NCBI GenBank assembly: GCA_049999805.1
Contig: JBNGIO010006348.1
Location: forward strand, 263,897-319,051
Direction of reading: 5' to 3'
From: Folioceros fuciformis
Taxonomy: Eukaryota
Length of the DNA: 55,155 nucleotides
Both the position numbers and the translations under genes were made by a program. Below the pieces are notes generated by a model. That model was given only the letters and a program-made list of their open reading frames with translations. It was not told the DNA's origin and made no database searches. Positions within the stretch are counted from its first letter, which is position 1, and each line of letters begins with the position of its first letter. Shown piece by piece: positions 48,858 through 55,155 of the stretch.

Positions 48858-51170
48858 TCATACCGTGGGTAGGGATAAATCCTCGCGGTGGGACTTCATG
48901 AACACCACGAACAGGACCCAGCCATGGAGAAGTAACAAGTAGGTTGCGGCGATGGCTCGAACTGCTCCATGTCGGCGAAGAATTTGAGCTCCCCCTAGGA
49001 AAAGGTGGTCAATTTGCTGGAAAATGGACAACCATTGTAGGGTCCTAGGTTCTTGGGCTGGCAGCCATCCCTTGTCCTTAGAGCTGTATGGTCTAAAGGA
49101 ACCGATCTCCGGGTCCTCGTAGTCGGGCTCCGAGGCCATGCCCTTTGTGTCCCGTTTGGTGGCTCGCGACATTGCGGCGGATTTCTCCTCCCTCAGATTG
49201 TTTGATATAGCCTCTAGGCGGAATACCAAAGTAGCTTTCTCCGTTGCCAAGCTTTCCACCTGAGCCTGTTTCTGAATCAGCTGATCGGTGAGCTGGTTTA
49301 GTCTACCCTGCAACTCCACCTCTATATCAGTTGATTTGCGTGAAGTGTCCATGATAATGTTGATCTTCGTTTCCAGATCTTTCACCTCAGCTTGCTTCTG
49401 CTGGATTTTCCATGCAAGTTCAACCTGCTGTTCGCGCAGAGAATTCTCCAGTTCGTCAGGTGCGGCAAGCTCAACCTGCTGAGACAAGTTCCTTTGCCGC
49501 TGTCTATGATGGAGAGTGGCAATCTTCCTCTCCAGCTCATTGCAAGCCATCCTTTGGGCCTCCACCCTGCTGCTTGTCTCCAGCACCTTCGACAACTGCT
49601 CCTCAACATCCCTCTGAGCAGCGGCAAGTTTCCTAGTAAGGTCCACATTATCTGCCTCAAGCTGTGCCTCTAGAGCTAGTCCTTCCATCCTAGTGCTGCT
49701 GTGCTGCCGCCTTTCCAACTCCAAAGCCTGTGCCACTTCCATCATGCTCAGTTGGAGTTCAGCGGCCTCCTTAACCTGCTGCTCCACACCATCGGCGAGA
49801 GCTCGCTCCAGAGCTTCCTTCTCGCATTCCAGTTGTTGCACAAGATTTTCTCGCTCTCTTATAGCAGCCCTGGCTGTTTCAACAGCCAGGGCTTCCAACT
49901 CCCTCTGTTTTCTAAGCTTCCTCCTCTCAGCCGCTTTCCTCCTCACCTCGTCTTCATACTCAGAATCCGAGCCGGACTCAGAGCCCGACTCCGAGCCTGA
50001 CTCAGAGGCGCTTTCCGACCCGCTGCCAGACAACGACTCCACATCTGCACGCTCTTCAGCCTCATATCCCCTCCCCGAGACACTCGGCAGGTTGATTATG
50101 ATCCCTGCCTCCTGCTCCTGCGCTTGCTCATTCACGGCAGTCGTCCTGTTACCACTAGTTTCTGGAACGGGCTCTGGCAGAGTAGGCTCCAGCTCAAGGT
50201 CCACGAACCCGTTCAAATCCTCCGTCGTGGCAGCATTCTCGGCAACATGGACGCCATATTGCTTCGAAACGGGATCAGTGGCTCGTCTCAAAGCATTATC
50301 CAGCAAATCCTCCACTCCACTAGGCCTTCCCACCCCCGGCGCCTCCTCCACCACCGGCTCCAATCTACCACTTCCGTCATCCGGCACACCCCGTGAAACC
50401 CCATCCCTAGCCTGCCCACCGCCCGAAGACGCAACATCATGACCTAATCCAACCTTGTCCCTCCCGTCCACAGCAGCACTCCACGACACACTCCCTCCAA
50501 CACCCGAGGCAGCGTCCTCCGCAACCGGCACTCGCAACGCCTGCTCTTCAACATCCTCAATACCCTCCAAATCCAGCCTCCTCTTCACCGACTCATCTCG
50601 GAAATTCTTCCTCGAGGCAGCCGCATCACTTCCCTGTCTCCTCTCCCTGTCGCCGTTCCCTGCCAGCCTCACCCTGGACGAAAACGCCGCAATCTGCTTC
50701 AAGCTGGATACCGGCAAAGCTTTGGACGTCGGGGTCGGCCCCGACCTCCGAGAGCCATCCCTCCCGCTCCCGGGCTCGCAGCTCCCCACACTGCTGGCGA
50801 GAGGAGTGGTAGCCCCGGGACTGGAAGCGGGAGACGCCAGCAACTGCGTCCAGTCCTGATCCGGCCGAGCAGCAAGCTCCTGCCGGATGCGCGGAGCAAC
50901 AGGGCCGGCCTTCTTCAACCCGGACAACGCCCTCTGTTGTTGCTGCTGCTGCTGCTGCGGTTGCTGCTGCCATGCTTGCTCTCTTCCGGAATTGCCAATA
51001 CCCCAGGAAGGCCTACCGTAATCCTCCGCGTCTCTGTCGAATTGTTCCCGCAACGAAACCGGATGAAGACCATGCTTTTCCGGCTTCCGCAGCGACTCCG
51101 CCGCTTGCTGGTCAATCTGCTGCAGCAACTGCTCGGCTACCTTGAGCTTGGACGAGAGCCAGGACGCCAT
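48858..51170 (-). CDS. GC2: Golgin candidate 2 / golgin-84-like coiled-coil tail-anchored protein, single exon, 770 aa
   Basis: N-terminal MASWLSSKLKVAEQLLQQIDQQAAESL, DQDWTQLL, a long coiled coil with LTDQLIQKQAQVESLATEKATLVFRLE, and a C-terminal transmembrane segment YLLLLHGWVLFVVF. Confidence 0.93.
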   Translation of the reverse strand: MASWLSSKLKVAEQLLQQIDQQAAESLRKPEKHGLHPVSLREQFDRDAEDYGRPSWGIGNSGREQAWQQQPQQQQQQQQRALSGLKKAGPVAPRIRQELAARPDQDWTQLLASPASSPGATTPLASSVGSCEPGSGRDGSRRSGPTPTSKALPVSSLKQIAAFSSRVRLAGNGDRERRQGSDAAASRKNFRDESVKRRLDLEGIEDVEEQALRVPVAEDAASGVGGSVSWSAAVDGRDKVGLGHDVASSGGGQARDGVSRGVPDDGSGRLEPVVEEAPGVGRPSGVEDLLDNALRRATDPVSKQYGVHVAENAATTEDLNGFVDLELEPTLPEPVPETSGNRTTAVNEQAQEQEAGIIINLPSVSGRGYEAEERADVESLSGSGSESASESGSESGSESGSDSEYEDEVRRKAAERRKLRKQRELEALAVETARAAIRERENLVQQLECEKEALERALADGVEQQVKEAAELQLSMMEVAQALELERRQHSSTRMEGLALEAQLEADNVDLTRKLAAAQRDVEEQLSKVLETSSRVEAQRMACNELERKIATLHHRQRQRNLSQQVELAAPDELENSLREQQVELAWKIQQKQAEVKDLETKINIIMDTSRKSTDIEVELQGRLNQLTDQLIQKQAQVESLATEKATLVFRLEAISNNLREEKSAAMSRATKRDTKGMASEPDYEDPEIGSFRPYSSKDKGWLPAQEPRTLQWLSIFQQIDHLFLGGAQILRRHGAVRAIAATYLLLLHGWVLFVVFMKSHREDLSLPTV

Positions 51171-51739
51171 GGCCACATCTGCCACCGACGAACCCGGCGA
51201 GGCTACTCTGTTGGTTTGGGAGGGGGCGTGGAGGCCCGATGAGACAAGCCTCCGTTAGATTTTCGCTTCACACAAAATAAAGCGTGAGGTCCGTGGCTGT
51301 TACCCTCCACCTTACGGGATCGCCGCTGCTGTCGCTACTACTCATCGTTTCAAATCGGGGCGCCAGTCCAATGGATTTTTTTCTTTGTTCTTTTTTCTCC
51401 TCAAAACATCATTGGCAGGAAGCAGGAATTTGGAAGGAGGTTCGCACATCATCGCCTTGTGGAGGATCGGCATCGAAGTCCTTCGGCGGGGCCCAATTTT
51501 GCTACACTACTGCAAAACTTTCGCTGGGTTCTTCCCGATGACGTATAGTGTAGGAACCTCACAACCTGGACATAAGAGAAGGTAGGACTCACCATGGGCA
51601 GAGCTAAGCCCTTCCTTCATAGCTTCGACATGGTTTGGAAGACTCCGACATAACCAGGGCTCTTCCCATCGCTCCATCTGTTACTCTCGTCCGGAACAAC
51701 GGGCTAGACCCGTTGTGACAACTGTGCCCAGTATAAAGA

Positions 51740-52420
51740 AGGTTCACGTTCCCGATCAACGGACAGAGGATATCAATCAGTCTCTGCAATGGAAACCATG
51801 TCCCCACAGGACCCTTGAAACGAAGACTGTCGAAGACTTCACCGCACTTTGCGTTCATGCTGACCAGAGCTCCTCACCTGTCTCCTTTCCACGTGCCCTG
51901 GAGGGACGGACACGATCGTGACAGCATTAGGTGCACCCATGCCTCCTCCTTGCGTGGCACCAGCCTGAAGAACCCAGGTTTCCTGCACCACATCTTACAG
52001 GGAGACAGTATCCTGCTACCCTGGCATTCTATGTAGACTAATCCGCTTTGAGGAAGCTCATGAAGCATTTTCCGGACATCTTGGAAGCTCCCACACTCCA
52101 CATGCATGTGCACCAAAGCATGGCCCACAATCATGTTGAAGTCGTCGTCCTCTGATCTGGGCAGTAAACCACCTGCCCTTCTCCGGCAGAGGCAAGCCCA
52201 CAGTTGCATAATCAAGTTTTTCTTGGTGTAGGAGTCGAAATGCTTTTCGTGTGGAGGTTGTAGTTGTGATTGCTGGATGCAATGATGTCCGATCCGAGTT
52301 CGCCACGAGTTCAAACATCTCACGCCTGTGTTCTATGCACTCCTGTTTGTCAGCCTCATCCAGATCACCTGATCCGCCGAGGAGATTGACCATGCAACTG
52401 CAGTGATAATGTCCGCTGTG
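51740..52420 (-). pseudogene. PLS-class PPR gene fragments (degenerate)
   Basis: HYHCSCMVNLLGGSGDLDEA and IVGHALVHMHVECGSFQDVRKMLHELP are PPR signatures. The frames are broken. Confidence 0.75.
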
Positions 52421-52554
52421 GGAGTGGGTGTCATTCGAATGTTCCAGCTGGGCGGGCGGGATGAAGGAAAGTTAGAAACACGTCTATCCTCATCCCCAAG
52501 CTGCAGCTCCAGTTCTGCATGGAGGTTCCAGTGGAGTGCCTAGATTTGTTGCCT

Positions 52555-52670
52555 TTCCGGACTTACGGTCCAGAGCAGCCCGCCAGCTCGGTCGCAGGAA
52601 AACACACGCGTTATCTCATTGCCATCCGTGGCACACGGTGGCACGGATTGACAGATATAATACAAGTGCA
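52555..52670 (+). pseudogene. Short fragment resembling a class-3 lipase gene
   Basis: RYLIAIRGT...DI resembles the (Y/V)VIAFRGT motif of Lipase_3 proteins. No GHSLG motif nearby. Confidence 0.4.
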
Positions 52671-52751
52671 GGGCTACAGGCCTGAGCCGGGATTGGGATC
52701 GAGGACTTCAAGCAACAGCTTGCACGGATCCGATCCACCCACAACCCAACG

Positions 52752-54268
52752 ATGGCGGGCGGAGTCATCCACAGCTCGGGTGGAGGCAAGCAGTACGAGG
52801 GCAAGGTGACGGCGTACGTGGTGATGGCGTGCATCGTGGCGGCCACTGGCGGGCTCATCTTCGGCTACGACATCGGGGTGTCGGGCGGAGTGTCGGGAAT
52901 GGACGACTTCCTCGCCCGATTTTTCCCCTCCGTGTACGTCCGCAAGCACAACGCCAAGGAGGACGATTACTGCAAGTTCGACAGCCAACCGCTGCAGGCC
53001 TTCACGTCGTCACTCTACATCGCGGGACTGCTGGCCTCCATCCCGGCCTCGCTGGTGACGCGGTACCGCGGGAGGAAGCCCACCATCATCCTGGGAGGCC
53101 TCAGCTTCTTCCTAGGAGCGGTGCTGGATGCTAGCGCCGTCAACCTCCCGATGCTCCTGATCGGGAGATTGCTGCTGGGCGCCGGCGTGGGGTTCGGGAA
53201 CCAGGCCGTGCCGCTCTACCTGTCGGAGATGGCGCCCGCTAACATCCGCGGCGGGCTCAACATCATGTTCCAGCTCATGGTTGGAGTGGGCATTCTGATG
53301 GCCAATCTCATCAACTACGGCACCTCCAAGCTGCATCCATGGGGATGGCGGCTGTCGCTCGGCCTCGCCGCCCTGCCCGCCGCCATCATGACCATCGGGG
53401 GATGCTTCCTCCCGGAGACGCCCAACAGCCTCATGGAACGCGGGAAGGCGCACGAGGCTCGATACNNNNNNNNNNNNNNNNNNNNNNNNNNNNNNNNNNN
53501 NNNNNNNNNNNNNNNNNNNNNNNNNNNNNNNNNNNNNNNNNNNNNNNNNNNNNNNNNNNNNNNNNCCGCCGACTCGCCCCGCAGATGGTGATGGCGATCA
53601 TGATCCCGTTCCAGCAGCAGTTGACGGGGATCAACGTCGTGAATTTCTACGTCCCCGTGCTGTTCCTCTCTATCGGGTTCGGGAGCGACGCCGCTCTCTA
53701 CTCGGCGGTCATCAGCGGGGCGGTGAATCTGGTGTGCTGCGCTGTGTCTATCGTGGCGGTGGATCGGCTGGGCCGGAGGTGGTTCTTCATCCAGGGGGGA
53801 GTGCAGATGTTCATTGCGGAGGTGGTGATCGGGGCCCTCCTCCAGGCGCAGCTCAAGGGGAGCGATCCCATGCCCAAGAGCACTGCCACCGGCGTGGTGT
53901 TCATGATCTGCGTCTACGTGGCCGCCTTCGCCTGGTCCTGGGGCCCGCTCGGGTGGCTGGTTCCCAGCGAGATCTTCCCCATCGAGTCGCGTTCTTCAGG
54001 CCAGGCCGTGACTGTGTTCGTCAATCTGCTCTTCACGTTCGGCATCGCGCAGTGCTTCCTCTCGATGCTGTGTCATCTCAAGTTCGCCACTTTTTACTTC
54101 TTCGCTGCCTGGCTGGTCTTCATGACAACCTTCGTCTACTTCTTCCTGCCGGAGACCAAGAACATCCCCATCGAGGAGATGGTCCATGTCTGGGAGGAGC
54201 ACTGGTTCTGGAAGCGGATCGTTCCTCCCGCCTCTCCCAAACAAGACTATGATCTCCGAGGATTGTGA
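52752..54268 (+). CDS. STP: Sugar transport protein (MFS hexose/H+ symporter, STP family), spanning an assembly gap
   Basis: [90 protein letters not shown] and [12 protein letters not shown]. The two halves are separated by 100 N. Confidence 0.95.
53466..53565. other. Assembly gap (100 N placeholder)
   Basis: Run of 100 N. Confidence 1.
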
Positions 54269-54894
54269 GACGAGAGTGGATCGTTGCTTAGCAATAAAAC
54301 AATTTATAAAACCTTTCTTTTTCTTCCTTCCCTTCCTTCCTACCAGCAGCACCTTCACCCTCTGTGTCTCTTACTCCATGAGCATGCTTGCTCCTTCGAG
54401 TGCAACAATACGGGGATCTCAGCCCCAGTTTCGTGACCTTCCCCTTTTCTGTACGGCGCGCAAGCAAACCACATTCACTATTGATCAAAAACAATGAAGC
54501 AGAAATAAGAGTCCTAAGCGAGCCTGACTACAACAACAAATCTTACATAAAAGGTCTTCGAACTCCTCTGGAACCAAATCCTAGACCCTTACCAGCTCCT
54601 GACATGTTGTTGACAACTCAAACACATCCAGAGCTTTATGCTTCGTTCTAAGCTAAGCTGACCCTTGCGCATGGAGCCCCAAGCCTACCATTCTAGGTAG
54701 ATCTCAGCCAAAATCGTTCACTACATTAATACATCGTTGTGGAACATTCTCTTCAAGAACTTCCATACCCTGGAATGGAGGTGGTGGAAACATCGCTTAC
54801 AGCACGAGCATTACCTCCCAATTATCTAGCCGACTAACCTATAACCAATCATCCGCCTCACCATACCCCTCTCGTTGCAGGCTCTCCCTGTACT

Positions 54895-55155
54895 CTAGGA
54901 CCTCCTTCTCCTTCTCGACCGCCCCCATGGCATCTGGTTCTTGTCATCCTCATTTTCTTGCTGCTTGCGCTTGCTCTCTTCCATGTCCATCTTCCGCTCC
55001 TTGTTTTCCTCCTCCACTACTTCAATCTCTTGCTGCTCGCTCGGAGCATCACTTACATTTTCCTCTTCAACATCTTCCTCTAGAGTATCTTGCTGCTTGT
55101 AATTGTCCTCCTCAGTCGTTTGCTTTCTATCATCCTCTGTCGCCATCTCCTCCTC
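54895..55155 (-). other. Acidic/charged low-complexity reading frame, probably continuing beyond the window end
   Basis: Glu/Lys-rich open frame at the window edge; no family motif. Confidence 0.3.

Noticed and set aside
49693-50859. Plus-strand ORFs of 249 and 134 aa
   Set aside because: Antisense shadows of the golgin CDS.

Overview
Eukaryotic nuclear DNA from a land plant. Short introns (mostly 70-150 nt), PLS-type PPR debris and an intact Hsp33 gene suggest a seed-free lineage such as a hornwort, other bryophyte or lycophyte (inference). Genes I could splice in frame: a 4-exon DUF1442 methyltransferase-like gene fused to a C-terminal ACT domain (10496-13238, +); a small 2-exon transmembrane protein (20610-21135, -) with a decayed inverted copy about 2.3 kb away; a 5-exon LONGIFOLIA/TRM gene with an expanded 10-aa repeat (27609-32642, -); and an 11-exon Hsp33 with a GC-AG intron and the GPC form of the CxC motif (44106-46164, +). 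Also present: tRNA-Lys(CUU), a frameshifted PI-PLC-X gene, an intronless golgin (GC2/golgin-84-like), a sugar transport protein gene crossing an N-gap, and two intronless orphan ORFs, one carrying a tandem pair of restriction-endonuclease-like domains. The remainder is transposon remnants (copia gag, pogo/Tigger DDE), gene fragments and many tandem-repeat arrays. The best novelty candidates are the DUF1442-ACT fusion and the duplicated-domain ORF at 40189-41547. All family assignments come from motif recognition by eye; no searches were run.
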